From contig JBHHVD010000008.1 of NCBI GenBank assembly GCA_046754105.1, positions 1-50,659 of the forward strand: a DNA stretch of 50,659 nt, read 5' to 3'. A program made the translations under genes and the position numbers. The notes beneath the pieces are model-generated. The model ran no database searches. It worked only from the letters and a program-made list of their open reading frames with translations, and had not been told where the DNA came from. This stretch comes from Candidatus Krumholzibacteriia bacterium (GTDB lineage Bacteria; Krumholzibacteriota; Krumholzibacteriia; WVZY01). The stretch's first letter is position 1, and every line of letters starts with the position of its first letter. Positions 18,281 through 27,690 of the stretch are shown here, piece by piece.

Positions 18281-18378
18281 CAGCTCTGCGGCGACAACCG
18301 TGAATCGATCGTCGAGCCCACGCGTACGTGGACTGTCATGTACGCCCAACAAACCATCGCCGGATGGAGGTCAACGAA

Positions 18379-19899
18379 ATGTCATCGCGCACATCCAATC
18401 TTGAAAATCACAATCGCAACAGCAGATCCTATTATAACCCGCGGGGATCGGGGAACCGCACTTTTTTTGTCCTCGGCGTCCTCTGCGCCGCGGCTTTGAG
18501 CAGCGTTCTCTTCGTGGACGCCGTGGCCTGGGCGTCCCCGGACACTGAAGACCCCGGTGTGGTCAGCGTGAGCTCTTCGGCCTGGCCGGTCTGTGACCCG
18601 CCCGGCGTATTCTTCCATTCAGAGGTCTGCAACAGCGGCCAGACCCCGCTCGAGCAGGTGGAACTAAGCGAGAAGCTCCCCGCCGGCATGGTACTCGTCG
18701 ACGGCAGCCTGGAAGGGGCGAGTCTGTGCGGAGAAGCTGCCCAGGCTGAGGCCGACGCGTGTCCCTGTGAAGGCGGTGTCACTTACCTGAGGCTGCGCTA
18801 CGCGGGAACGAGCTGCGCCAACGTCGAAGTGACGGCCGATGGTAACTCGATTTTTGCTGACTACCTCTGCCCCGGCTCTCCTGCCATCGAGCTCAACGGC
18901 CAGCGATCCGACGGCAGGTTCCAGAAGAACAACCTGATCTTCTCCGTCGACGGCGTCGACACGGTGATTCATGTGTCTTGTTCCCAGCCGATCGGGGTGG
19001 GATCCGTCTTCGGCCCCTTCGAGGTCGAGGCGTTCTCGTCGCGTAACGGCGGAACCTTCGACGGAATCTGCCTGCCTCCGCCCCCGGCCTGTCCCTGTTC
19101 AGGTGGCGTGACCCTGCTGGATCTGCAGTTCAACGGAGACGACGGCACTCCGGTGAGCGTAGTCGACAACGGCGCGACCATATTCAGCGCCACGCTCAAC
19201 AGCGGAGATGCCTTCCAAATCGTGGGTAGCCGCAGTGACGGCAGATTCGCCAAGAACAACCTGATTTTGAACGCAGGCGCCGAGGACACCACCATCCACG
19301 TATCCTGCTCACAGCCCATCGGAATCGGGACCGTATTCGGCCCGTTCACGGTACTCGCGTTCTCGTCGCGCGACGGAGGACTGTTTGACGCCTCCTGCGA
19401 CGGCAGCGAGCAGGGAAGCGGTGAGCACGAAGACCATTCCGACCACGACAAGCTAGAGATCTGCCTGGCCAGTCCCATAGGTGCCGGCCAGTGCGTTAGC
19501 GTGAACTACGTAGCGACTTTCAGCGCCGATACCTGTGGCGGGGTCGAGGTCAAAGGAAAGTCCGGCGACGGCGCACCGCTGGGCAAGACCGTAAAGACCA
19601 AGGCCGGCGCCAGCGCCTGCTTCGGCGCGGCCCTCAACGACGCGCTGGTAACCGCCTGCGAGCAATGTCCTCCGGTTATCGGCGGCGGCACGGGATCGGG
19701 GACGGGCTCGGGAACGGGTTCGGGCATTCCCGACCTCGCCGCGGTATGCGGCGTAGATCCGAACACCTGCCCTGGACAGGCGCAGTTCGACTGTTTTGAC
19801 GAGCTGAGCCTGTCGCTCGGGAGCATGCAGGAAACCATGCTCGGTCAGAGCTGCGGCAACCCGGCCTGTCAGGGTTTTCTGTGTCCCCTAGGCGGCTAA
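18379..19899 (+). CDS. Secreted Cys-rich protein with two tandem ~110-aa repeats inside a DUF11-like Ig domain
   Basis: GGAGG RBS before ATG 18379; hydrophobic signal; repeats CPC.GGVT.L.L.Y/F...IHVSCSQPIG.G.VFGPF.V.AFSSR.GG; GTGS linker; Cys-rich tail. Confidence 0.8.
   Translation: MSSRTSNLENHNRNSRSYYNPRGSGNRTFFVLGVLCAAALSSVLFVDAVAWASPDTEDPGVVSVSSSAWPVCDPPGVFFHSEVCNSGQTPLEQVELSEKLPAGMVLVDGSLEGASLCGEAAQAEADACPCEGGVTYLRLRYAGTSCANVEVTADGNSIFADYLCPGSPAIELNGQRSDGRFQKNNLIFSVDGVDTVIHVSCSQPIGVGSVFGPFEVEAFSSRNGGTFDGICLPPPPACPCSGGVTLLDLQFNGDDGTPVSVVDNGATIFSATLNSGDAFQIVGSRSDGRFAKNNLILNAGAEDTTIHVSCSQPIGIGTVFGPFTVLAFSSRDGGLFDASCDGSEQGSGEHEDHSDHDKLEICLASPIGAGQCVSVNYVATFSADTCGGVEVKGKSGDGAPLGKTVKTKAGASACFGAALNDALVTACEQCPPVIGGGTGSGTGSGTGSGIPDLAAVCGVDPNTCPGQAQFDCFDELSLSLGSMQETMLGQSCGNPACQGFLCPLGG
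18760..19398 (+). repeat. Intragenic tandem duplication, period 330 nt
   Basis: Unit 1 starts at TGT 18760 and unit 2 at TGT 19090; both contain RSDGRF.KNNLI and IHVSCSQPIG. Confidence 0.85.
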
Positions 19900-19921
19900 C
19901 CGCTAGGCAGGCGCAACGCAA

Positions 19922-19990
19922 AGGCGCCTGGGTCGCCAACGCCCAGGCGCCTAGCCTTCTCGAGGGTCGCACCGCCAAGGTGCGACCCTC
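19922..19990. terminator. Two adjacent GC-rich hairpins between convergent genes (bidirectional terminator-like)
   Basis: AGGCGCCTGGG/CCCAGGCGCCT (19922-19952) and the perfect 12-bp stem GAGGGTCGCACC-GCCAA-GGTGCGACCCTC (19962-19990). Confidence 0.6.
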
Positions 19991-20047
19991 AGCCCTTTCC
20001 AGAAACCGGTCCTGTACCCGAGGAAGTATCTTCTTCGTGGCAAACAG

Positions 20048-20626
20048 TTACGGAAGAACGGAGACCTTGTTCATCGTATCGCCCTGGCGAATCTTGTCGA
20101 CCAGCTCCATACCTTCGGTGACCTGGCCAAAGATGGTGTACTGGCCGTCCAGGTGGGGTTGTGCGTCAAAGCAGATGTAGAACTGGCTGCCAGCCGAATC
20201 CGGATCGGCCGACCGCGCCATGGCCAAGGTGCCACGAACGTGCTTGCGTTCGTTGAACTCGGCTTTGATCTGGTAACCGGGACCGCCCATGCCACTGCCT
20301 TCCGGATCCCCGCCCTGGGCCATGAACCCGGCGATCACGCGGTGGAACTTCAAACCGTCGTAGAAACCCCTGCCGGCCAGAGCCTTGAAGTTGGCCACCG
20401 TGTTCGGCGCCGTGTCTGGGTACAGCTCGATCATGATCTCGCCGTCCTTGGTATCGATCCTGATATGATTGCCTTCCGGAATGTCCTTGTCTCCGGCCTG
20501 CGGCGCCTTGGTTGGTTCACCCACGCTATTCTCCTTTTTTTCTGTGTTCTGGCCGGCATTCAACTGGCTGACAAACAGCACCCCGATAAAGGCAAGCCCC
20601 ATGACGATATAGTTGTTTTTCTTCAT
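20048..20626 (-). CDS. Exported cyclophilin-type peptidyl-prolyl cis-trans isomerase
   Basis: APNTVANF, FYDGLKFHRVIAGFMAQGGDP, GTLAMAR, SAGSQFYI, HLDGQYTIFGQV; N-terminal signal. Confidence 0.95.
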   Translation of the reverse strand: MKKNNYIVMGLAFIGVLFVSQLNAGQNTEKKENSVGEPTKAPQAGDKDIPEGNHIRIDTKDGEIMIELYPDTAPNTVANFKALAGRGFYDGLKFHRVIAGFMAQGGDPEGSGMGGPGYQIKAEFNERKHVRGTLAMARSADPDSAGSQFYICFDAQPHLDGQYTIFGQVTEGMELVDKIRQGDTMNKVSVLP

Positions 20627-20866
20627 TCCGCCTCGCTGTCTATTATTTGAACGCGTTGTCGCTGCAGGAGAGGCCTGACCCCTTCACCCGCCAATTGGTG
20701 GCGATCAGGGTCACGCGACCGCCGCGCCGAAGGCAGCAGACCCGACGCTTGCCGTCCGGCCAGCTACCTTGAGGATACGAAGAACTGCGCGGCTTTTCAA
20801 AACGGCCGCCAGGTCAGACCATCCAACCCACCAGGCTCCATCAAGAGGAAATCGCCCCAACTTCGA

Positions 20867-21664
20867 TCACAAACCGCCGCGCACCGCGCGAACGTGCCGG
20901 CCGCGAGTCTTGAAGTCAAGAAAAACGTAGCCTTCGAGGAAAGATACCAGCCACGCGGTATGCGGACTGCCAGCGGTCGAAGTTGACGACCAGTACGTAG
21001 ACCACATCGTACAGCTGCAGGTCGTCAGGGTCACGTCCGCGCAGCCGCTGCAGGTCGTCGGCCGGTGGAACGCAGGATCGACAGTCGGGGAGAACGCCTC
21101 GTAGTCCACGATGGTTTGTAATTCCCTCACGTTCGAAACGCGCCAGTCGCAGTGGCCGGCAAAGCAGTTCGCCCCTCCTCCCGCAACGTCGTTCAGCGTA
21201 CTCAAAAACGTCGTCGCGATCGTGCCGTCCATGTTGATCGCTCCGATCGACGAGCTGACCACCCCGGCCGACCAGAGGTACGTGTTGTCCTTGTCGTGGA
21301 TACCACCCGAGTCGTCCTTCTTCTCCCACATCAACCCTGTGTTGTCGTCCGTGATCGTGCCGTCGCCGTTATCCGTGTACGACAGCAGGGCTCCCGCCTG
21401 CACATCGCCGTCCGAGCCCGCTCCATAGACCGTGGTCTGCCCGGTCCTCGGTAGGCCACCACCGGGACACATCAGACTTTCCCCCAGTCCGACCGCGAAG
21501 CGCAGGTGCCGAAAGGCATCTGACACGGTGACTTGCCCGTCGTCGTCAAAATCGCCGCAGAGCGCCTGCGCATGCGACTGCAGAGGCGAGAACATCAACA
21601 GAACCACGACAAACGCCAACCTTTTCAAGGTCACCAACCTCGTTCCACCCTTGAGATGATGCAT
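20867..21664 (-). CDS. Secreted DUF1566 (Lcl C-terminal) protein with N-terminal dockerin-like Ca-binding motif
   Basis: 'YTDNGDGTITDDNTGLMWEK', 'DWRV.NVREL.TIVDY', 'YWSST', 'VRAVRGG'; N-terminal CGDFDDDGQVTVSDA..L..AVG. Confidence 0.85.
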   Translation of the reverse strand: MHHLKGGTRLVTLKRLAFVVVLLMFSPLQSHAQALCGDFDDDGQVTVSDAFRHLRFAVGLGESLMCPGGGLPRTGQTTVYGAGSDGDVQAGALLSYTDNGDGTITDDNTGLMWEKKDDSGGIHDKDNTYLWSAGVVSSSIGAINMDGTIATTFLSTLNDVAGGGANCFAGHCDWRVSNVRELQTIVDYEAFSPTVDPAFHRPTTCSGCADVTLTTCSCTMWSTYWSSTSTAGSPHTAWLVSFLEGYVFLDFKTRGRHVRAVRGGL

Positions 21665-21877
21665 CCCCCTTCGAGTATGCCCGCCTCACACCTCGACGAC
21701 CCGTCGATGGCGTTGGCGGCTGGGAGTTGAAGGCGAACAGCGCGAGCCGCCCGTGGTCTATCCCAGCTTGTCATCGTAGGCCCCCTCTATCGGTCCTGTC
21801 AACGGCGCGCAGCCCTTTGCTGTTGAGAAGCAACAGGGGCTGAGCAATGGGAATGAATCGCTGATACCTTGCTCGCC

Positions 21878-24067
21878 ATGCGAGTCGATCGCCGAGAGTT
21901 GAGCGGAGAGCAGGGAATTGCCGTCGATCGCAACGGCCACGGAATCCTGCACGTGCGGGCCTCGACCGAGGCCGACCTGTACAGGGGACTGGGCTACTGC
22001 CACGCACACGACCGGGGCTTACAGATGCTGGTGAGCCGCATCGTCGGAAGTGGTCGAGCCTGCGAGTCACTGGACGACTCCGAAGAAATGCTCGCGCTCG
22101 ACCGATTCTTCCGTCGGCTGGGCCTGGCACGAGACGCGGCCGATGAGGTGAAGCGGATTTCCGAGGCCGTGTTGCCGGTAGTCGAAGCGTATTGCTCGGG
22201 GGTCAACGAAGCCTTGGCTCGACGCGGCCCTTGGGAACTGCGTCTGCTCGGCTATCGCGGCGAACCCTGGTCGGTGGCCGACTGCATCCTTATGATGCGG
22301 CTCAGCGGCTACGTAGCCCTGGCCCAGAGTCAGGCCGAAATCGAGCGGCTTCTAGTCGAGATGGTGCAAGCCGAGGTCCCCCGCCGCCGGCTCGAAGAGC
22401 TGTTTCCGGGCTTGCTCGACGAGCTCGACGAAGAGCTGCTGAAAAAGGTCTCGCTATCGGAACGCATCGTGCCGGCGCAATTGCGTTGGAGCTCGCTGCT
22501 CCCCCACACCGTTGCATCAAACAACTGGGTTATAGCGGGGAGCAAAACCGCGAGCGGACGCGCCTTGCTGGCCAACGATCCCCACCTAGAGGGAAACCGC
22601 TTGCCGTCGGTATGGTACGAAGTGGTGCTCGAGATCGGTGAGCGCTGGTGCGTGGCCGCTACGATGCCGGGTCTGCCCATGGCGGCGCTGGCAAGGACCA
22701 ACGACCTGGCCTGGGGAGCCACCTACACCTTCATGGACGCCGTCGACTCTTGGATAGAGGATTGTCGTAACGGTTGCTATCGACGCGAGGACGGCGAGGG
22801 AGAGAGCTGGAAGCGCTTTGATGTCCGACACGAGCGAATCCGGCGAAAGAAAAACGAGGATCTCCTCGTCGACTTCTACGAGAACGAACACGGTACTCTT
22901 GATGGCGACCCCAACGTAGCGGGCTATTATCTCAGCACGCGGTGGGCCTCGGCTTCGGGTAGCGGCGCCGCGAGCCTCGAGGCCGGGCTCGGCATGCTGT
23001 GGGTAAGCGACGTCGCGACCGGCATGGATCGAGTCGGTAAGATAGAGACCTCCTGGAACTGGGTACTCGCCGATTCCAAGGGCAACATCGGCTATCAGAT
23101 GTCGGGTCTCATGCCACTGCGGCGAGCGGGCGCCAACGGACTAGTCGCTCTTCCAGGATGGGACCCCGCCAATGACTGGCAGGGCTTCGTCCCCTTCTCG
23201 CAGCTGCCGCGCCAGCTCAACCCCGCGTGTGGATTCATCGCGACGGCCAACGAAGACCTCAACCATCTCGGCGTCGCCAAACCGATCACGATGCCGATGG
23301 GTTCGTATCGCGCCGAGCGCATCAAGGCCTTACTCGACGGCCGCGACGACTGGACCGTGAAGGCGGTGCAGGCGATGCACATGGACCTCTACTCGATCCA
23401 AGCCGAGCGCTTTCTCGCGGTCTTGGGCCCCTTGCTGCCCGAGAACGAGAACGGCCGAAAGCTGCGAAACTGGGACCTCTGCTACGACCTGGAATCCGAA
23501 GGAGCAGAGCTCTTCGAGCGGTTCTATCGCGCGCTGCTCGAAGAGGTCCTGACCGGGGCCTGTGGGCGCGACGTGGCGCGCCATCTGCTCGAGGAAACGG
23601 GGACCACGATCGATTTCTACGCGAACTTCGATCGCTTTCTCCTGCGCCCGGACAGCGCTTGGTACGGAGACGAAGGACGAGACGCGGTGTTCTCCCGAGT
23701 GGCCGCCGCGGCGTTGTCGAGCCCTGCGGCCAGATGGCGAAGCCGGCAGGGCATGGTCATGCGGCACCTGCTCTTCGGTGGCCGCTTGCCCCGGTGGGCA
23801 GGCTTCGACTACGGCCCGATTTCCATTCCGGGTGGTCGCTCCACGATACACCAGGGGCAGATATACCGATCGGGCGGACGCGAAACTTCGTTCGTTCCGT
23901 CGTATCGGCTGGTCACCGAGTTCTCCGAACAACAGGCCCACACCTGCCTGATGGGCGGCGCGTCCGACCGGCGCTTCTCTCGCTGGTACACCACCGGGAT
24001 CGACGACAGCCTCGCCGGACGCTTCAAGGTGGTTACACCTCGCTTGTGTAGACCGCAGGACGGCTAG
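21878..24067 (+). CDS. Penicillin acylase / AHL-acylase family Ntn hydrolase (no signal peptide)
   Basis: 'GILHVRA....LYRGLGY.HA.DR..QM', autoproteolysis site A|SNNWVIAG, 'LLANDPHL', 'ATANE'. Confidence 0.92.
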   Translation: MRVDRRELSGEQGIAVDRNGHGILHVRASTEADLYRGLGYCHAHDRGLQMLVSRIVGSGRACESLDDSEEMLALDRFFRRLGLARDAADEVKRISEAVLPVVEAYCSGVNEALARRGPWELRLLGYRGEPWSVADCILMMRLSGYVALAQSQAEIERLLVEMVQAEVPRRRLEELFPGLLDELDEELLKKVSLSERIVPAQLRWSSLLPHTVASNNWVIAGSKTASGRALLANDPHLEGNRLPSVWYEVVLEIGERWCVAATMPGLPMAALARTNDLAWGATYTFMDAVDSWIEDCRNGCYRREDGEGESWKRFDVRHERIRRKKNEDLLVDFYENEHGTLDGDPNVAGYYLSTRWASASGSGAASLEAGLGMLWVSDVATGMDRVGKIETSWNWVLADSKGNIGYQMSGLMPLRRAGANGLVALPGWDPANDWQGFVPFSQLPRQLNPACGFIATANEDLNHLGVAKPITMPMGSYRAERIKALLDGRDDWTVKAVQAMHMDLYSIQAERFLAVLGPLLPENENGRKLRNWDLCYDLESEGAELFERFYRALLEEVLTGACGRDVARHLLEETGTTIDFYANFDRFLLRPDSAWYGDEGRDAVFSRVAAAALSSPAARWRSRQGMVMRHLLFGGRLPRWAGFDYGPISIPGGRSTIHQGQIYRSGGRETSFVPSYRLVTEFSEQQAHTCLMGGASDRRFSRWYTTGIDDSLAGRFKVVTPRLCRPQDG

Positions 24068-24115
24068 AAAATACCGGAAACGACAAGCGTCTTGTCGACT
24101 TCGACGGGGCCAAGA

Positions 24116-25189
24116 TCAAAAGGTCACCACTATTCGGCCCGCTGGGCACTGACGCGTTTCGGCAATCGCATCGTTGATCTCGGCAAACGGCCGCGTATCG
24201 GCTACGAGCGCCCCAAGATCGAGTTCGCCTTGGTCATAGAGCGAAACCAACGCCGGAAAGTCGAGCAACGGTTCGGCTGAACCGTACATCGATCCCTTGA
24301 TCGACTTTTCGAACAAGAGCAAGACGGGTTCTATTTCCAGTCGGTCGCCGAATTCCGGCAGGCCGACCACGACTGCGCGGCCGCCGGGCCGAACCATCGC
24401 AAACGCCTCCTGCATCGTTTCGGTCCGTCCCACACACTCGATGGCAACGTCGGCACCACCTTCCGTAATCGCACCAACGGCTCCCGCTGCGTCGCCGGGT
24501 GCAAACGCATCGCTAGCACCTACAGCAAGGGCTTTTTCGCGACGTGTTCCAATCGGATCGACAGCCAAGATCCGATTCGCGCCCGCGAGTCGAGCGCCTT
24601 GCACGGCCGCGAGCCCTACGCCACCGCAACCGATTACGGCGACCGTCTCGCCGCGGCGAACTCGGGCGGTCTTCGTCGCGGCGCCATAGCCGGTCATGAC
24701 CGCGCAACCGATCAGACAGGCGTGGGCGGCCGGAATCTCCCCCTCGATCGCAATCGCCATCGTCTCGGGAACAACCGCATATTCGCTGAACGCCCCCAGA
24801 GCCATGAACCTGTCGACCCCTTTTCCGTTCCACGCAAGCGGGCCACCACCACCGGTGCTCATTGTAATACCAGCGCACAACTGCGGTTGCGCACGTGCAC
24901 ACGACGGGCACCGGCCGCAAGCCGGGGTCCACGAGAGAATCACCCTGTCGCCGACTTTCAACCGCCCGACCTCAGCTCCGCAGCCGTCTACTACCCCTGC
25001 GGCCTCGTGGCCAAGCACGGCGGGGAATACTACATCTTCGCCGCCGTCGATCGCGTGGAGATCACTGCGGCATATTCCACAAGCCTCCACCTTTACGCGG
25101 ACCTCTCCACGGCCCGGTTCGGCCAGATCGATCTCTTCAAGGCGAAGAGCGCCCCCTCGTCGCTCCAGTATCGCTGCACGCGTTTTCAT
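24116..25189 (-). CDS. Zn-dependent alcohol dehydrogenase (class III-like MDR)
   Basis: GICRSDLH, GHEAAG, structural Zn CGRCPSC..C, GCGGVG; GAGGAG RBS before ATG 25189. Confidence 0.93.
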   Translation of the reverse strand: MKTRAAILERRGGALRLEEIDLAEPGRGEVRVKVEACGICRSDLHAIDGGEDVVFPAVLGHEAAGVVDGCGAEVGRLKVGDRVILSWTPACGRCPSCARAQPQLCAGITMSTGGGGPLAWNGKGVDRFMALGAFSEYAVVPETMAIAIEGEIPAAHACLIGCAVMTGYGAATKTARVRRGETVAVIGCGGVGLAAVQGARLAGANRILAVDPIGTRREKALAVGASDAFAPGDAAGAVGAITEGGADVAIECVGRTETMQEAFAMVRPGGRAVVVGLPEFGDRLEIEPVLLLFEKSIKGSMYGSAEPLLDFPALVSLYDQGELDLGALVADTRPFAEINDAIAETRQCPAGRIVVTF

Positions 25190-25446
25190 GAGATCAGACT
25201 CCTCGCTCCGGTCGCCTGGTTCCGCCGCCTGAAGAGACCGAGAGACAGACACCGCGGAACAGAGGCATCAAAAAGCGAAATCCCGAACGATCCAAATCAG
25301 CAACTCTAGAGACGTTTGACAACGCTACGTACAGTGCGCTAAGACGCGACGCAATAGACGAGGCCCCTGTGGCCCGACTCGCGCACCAATCCTGCCAAAC
25401 CAAACAGGCAATGCGGAAGAACACGGGACGGTTGGGAGAGAAACGG

Positions 25447-26178
25447 GTGAACTATGATTTTGTCGACTTGGGTGATCCGGTCGAACACGTTGCGCGGCTG
25501 ACTCTCGCGCGCGAAAAAAAGAAAAACGCGCTATCCATGAAAATGCGTGACGAACTGGAAGACGCGTTCCGACGACTCGTTGAAAACGAAGACGTACACG
25601 TCGTGGTTCTCGCGGGAAGTGCCGGCGTTTTTTGTGCCGGATACGACCTGAAAGAGGGAATGGAGTCCGGCGGATCCGCGTTCCTATACCGCTTCCGCGA
25701 GTTCTTCGAAGCCTGCTACCTGTTTCCGAAACCGGTGGTCGCAGCGGTCGACGGACCGGCGCTTGCCGGTGGCTTCGATCTCGCGTTGATGGCCGACTTC
25801 ATCATTGCATCCCCGCGTGCCGTTTTCGGTCATCCAGAGATTGATTTCGGACCCGTAGCGATCCTTCCCCTCGCCCGCTTTGTCGCGCCTGCTCGACTGC
25901 GTGAGTTGTGCATGCTCGGCGAACAGATCGATGCCGAGACCGCCAAGAACTACGGCATCGTCCATGAGATCGTAGAGCCCGGCCGAACCGAGACTGCCGC
26001 CGACACCCTTGCGGCCCTGCTCGCCGCCAAGCCGCCAGCGGCTTTGGCAGGATCAAAACGCGCCCTTGCGCGCGGAGTCCGCGAGAGTATCAACGCCGAC
26101 GCGGAAGCGTTGGATGCGGCGCTCACCGCTACCGGTCGGGCATACGACGACTACGTCTCGAAGAGAATCGGAAGCTGA
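25447..26178 (+). CDS. Enoyl-CoA hydratase/isomerase (crotonase) family
   Basis: KKNALS, FCAGYDL, PKPVVAAVDGPALAGGFDLAL.AD, FGHPE; GTG 25447 after GGGAGA. Confidence 0.9.
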   Translation: MNYDFVDLGDPVEHVARLTLAREKKKNALSMKMRDELEDAFRRLVENEDVHVVVLAGSAGVFCAGYDLKEGMESGGSAFLYRFREFFEACYLFPKPVVAAVDGPALAGGFDLALMADFIIASPRAVFGHPEIDFGPVAILPLARFVAPARLRELCMLGEQIDAETAKNYGIVHEIVEPGRTETAADTLAALLAAKPPAALAGSKRALARGVRESINADAEALDAALTATGRAYDDYVSKRIGS

Positions 26179-26263
26179 CAGTGCGTTCGTAGTACCCGAC
26201 TCACGGTCGGGCGCAAACGAAGTGGCAGGGGAAGCTTCCGCAGCTAGAGTATAGGAGCCGATC

Positions 26264-26659
26264 ATGACGAAAGCAGCAGATATAGGTCCGGGTGACGATC
26301 CTGTGGCCGTTTCAGAAGCACTCGTGGGGCGGACACGAACGCGGCTCCTCGCCGAGTTGTTCGAGTTCTTCGAACTCCCCCAGGAAACGGTCGATCATAT
26401 CTTCGGCAACCTCTACACACGCGACGTGCTTACCCAACGCGAACGCGAGTTGTGCGCGGTGGCTGCACTCTGCGTACTCAACCGCACCAGCGAACTCAAG
26501 AGCCACGTCATCGCGGCCATCCGATGCGGAGCGAGCAAGCGAGAGGTGGCCGAAGTGATCCTTCAGATGTCCACCTACGGGGGAATGCCCGTCTGCATCG
26601 ACGGTCTCGCGACGGCAAGAGAGGTATTCGACAAGCAGGCAGGCGACAGGTCCGGCTAG
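26264..26659 (+). CDS. Carboxymuconolactone decarboxylase (CMD) family protein, non-CxxC type
   Basis: 'FGNLYTR..L.QRERELC.VAAL..L....ELKSH..AA...G....EV.EVI.Q..TYGG.P'. Confidence 0.88.
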   Translation: MTKAADIGPGDDPVAVSEALVGRTRTRLLAELFEFFELPQETVDHIFGNLYTRDVLTQRERELCAVAALCVLNRTSELKSHVIAAIRCGASKREVAEVILQMSTYGGMPVCIDGLATAREVFDKQAGDRSG

Positions 26660-26793
26660 CACGCCGACACCGCCCTTTTCACGGTCGTAGAGCCGATGTA
26701 TGATTCGTACCTCGTCGGCGAGCGCCGTGGCCGCGAGCCCACTTGGCACGGAGACGACGGCCACGAGTTGGGCTTGCCGTGGAGGCGCCGGTA

Positions 26794-27690
26794 TTGATCG
26801 ATGAAGGCTTGATCTTTGACGTGCAACGCTTCAGCGTTGACGATGGACCCGGCATCCGTACAACGGTGTTCTTCAAGGGGTGTCCGCTCCGCTGCCATTG
26901 GTGTCACAACCCGGAATCGATGCGACCGGAACCTGAGGTGTTCTTTTATGCGGACCGCTGCGTCGAGCAAGGAACCTGTCTAACGGCCTGTCCTCAGGGC
27001 GCGCTCGTTCGCGGCGACACTCGCGTAGACCGTAAGGCCTGCGACGGCTGCGGCGCGTGTGATGACAGCTGCCCTTTCGGAGCATTGAAGGTCTCGGGCA
27101 GGTTTGTATCCGTCGACGCGTTACTCGAAGAAGTCCTGCGCGACCGCCCCTTCTACGCTTCTTCTGGCGGAGGCGTGACGCTGTCGGGCGGCGAGCCGAC
27201 CCTACAACTGGACTTCGTTGTCGCGTTGGCGCGGGCTTGCCGCCAAGCGGGGGTGAGGGTCGGCCTGCAGACCTGCGGCGTGTTCTCATGGGGGCGTATG
27301 CAGCCACACCTTGATCTTTTCGAGTTTATCCACTTCGATCTCAAGGTCATCGCCCGTGACCGCCACCGGGAACTGTGCGGAGCCGACAACAACGGCATTC
27401 TCGCGAACGCCAGGAATCTCGTCGAGGCCCGGGCACCGGTTAGCTTCCGCATGCCGATCATCCCGACCCACACCGACGATGAAACCAACCTCGCCGCCGT
27501 CGCAACGCTTCTGAATGAACTCGGAATAGACCGCATTCGGCTTCTCCGCTACCACTCGATGGGCGAAGCCAAACTGCCACGCATCGGGCAACGAGAGACG
27601 GGGCTCGCCCTTCTTCCGCGTGCCGATTCGAGCCTGCAAAGAGCGACAGCGCTGCTCGCCACAGCGGGCCTCGAGGTGACCGTATCATGA
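26794..27690 (+). CDS. Glycyl-radical enzyme activating enzyme (radical SAM with ferredoxin insert)
   Basis: IFDVQRFSVDDGPGIRTTVFFKGCPLRCHWCHNPES, extra CDGCGACDDSCP, GGVTLSGGEP; TTG 26794 after GGAGG. Confidence 0.95.
   Translation: MIDEGLIFDVQRFSVDDGPGIRTTVFFKGCPLRCHWCHNPESMRPEPEVFFYADRCVEQGTCLTACPQGALVRGDTRVDRKACDGCGACDDSCPFGALKVSGRFVSVDALLEEVLRDRPFYASSGGGVTLSGGEPTLQLDFVVALARACRQAGVRVGLQTCGVFSWGRMQPHLDLFEFIHFDLKVIARDRHRELCGADNNGILANARNLVEARAPVSFRMPIIPTHTDDETNLAAVATLLNELGIDRIRLLRYHSMGEAKLPRIGQRETGLALLPRADSSLQRATALLATAGLEVTVS

Noticed and set aside
19681..19725. Short tandem repeat resembling an array
   Set aside because: It encodes an in-frame GTGS linker; not a CRISPR or a non-coding repeat.
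26742..26760. TTGGCACG as a sigma-54 promoter for the GRE activase (similar TGGCACG near 49663)
   Set aside because: The -12 TTGC element is missing at the required spacing.
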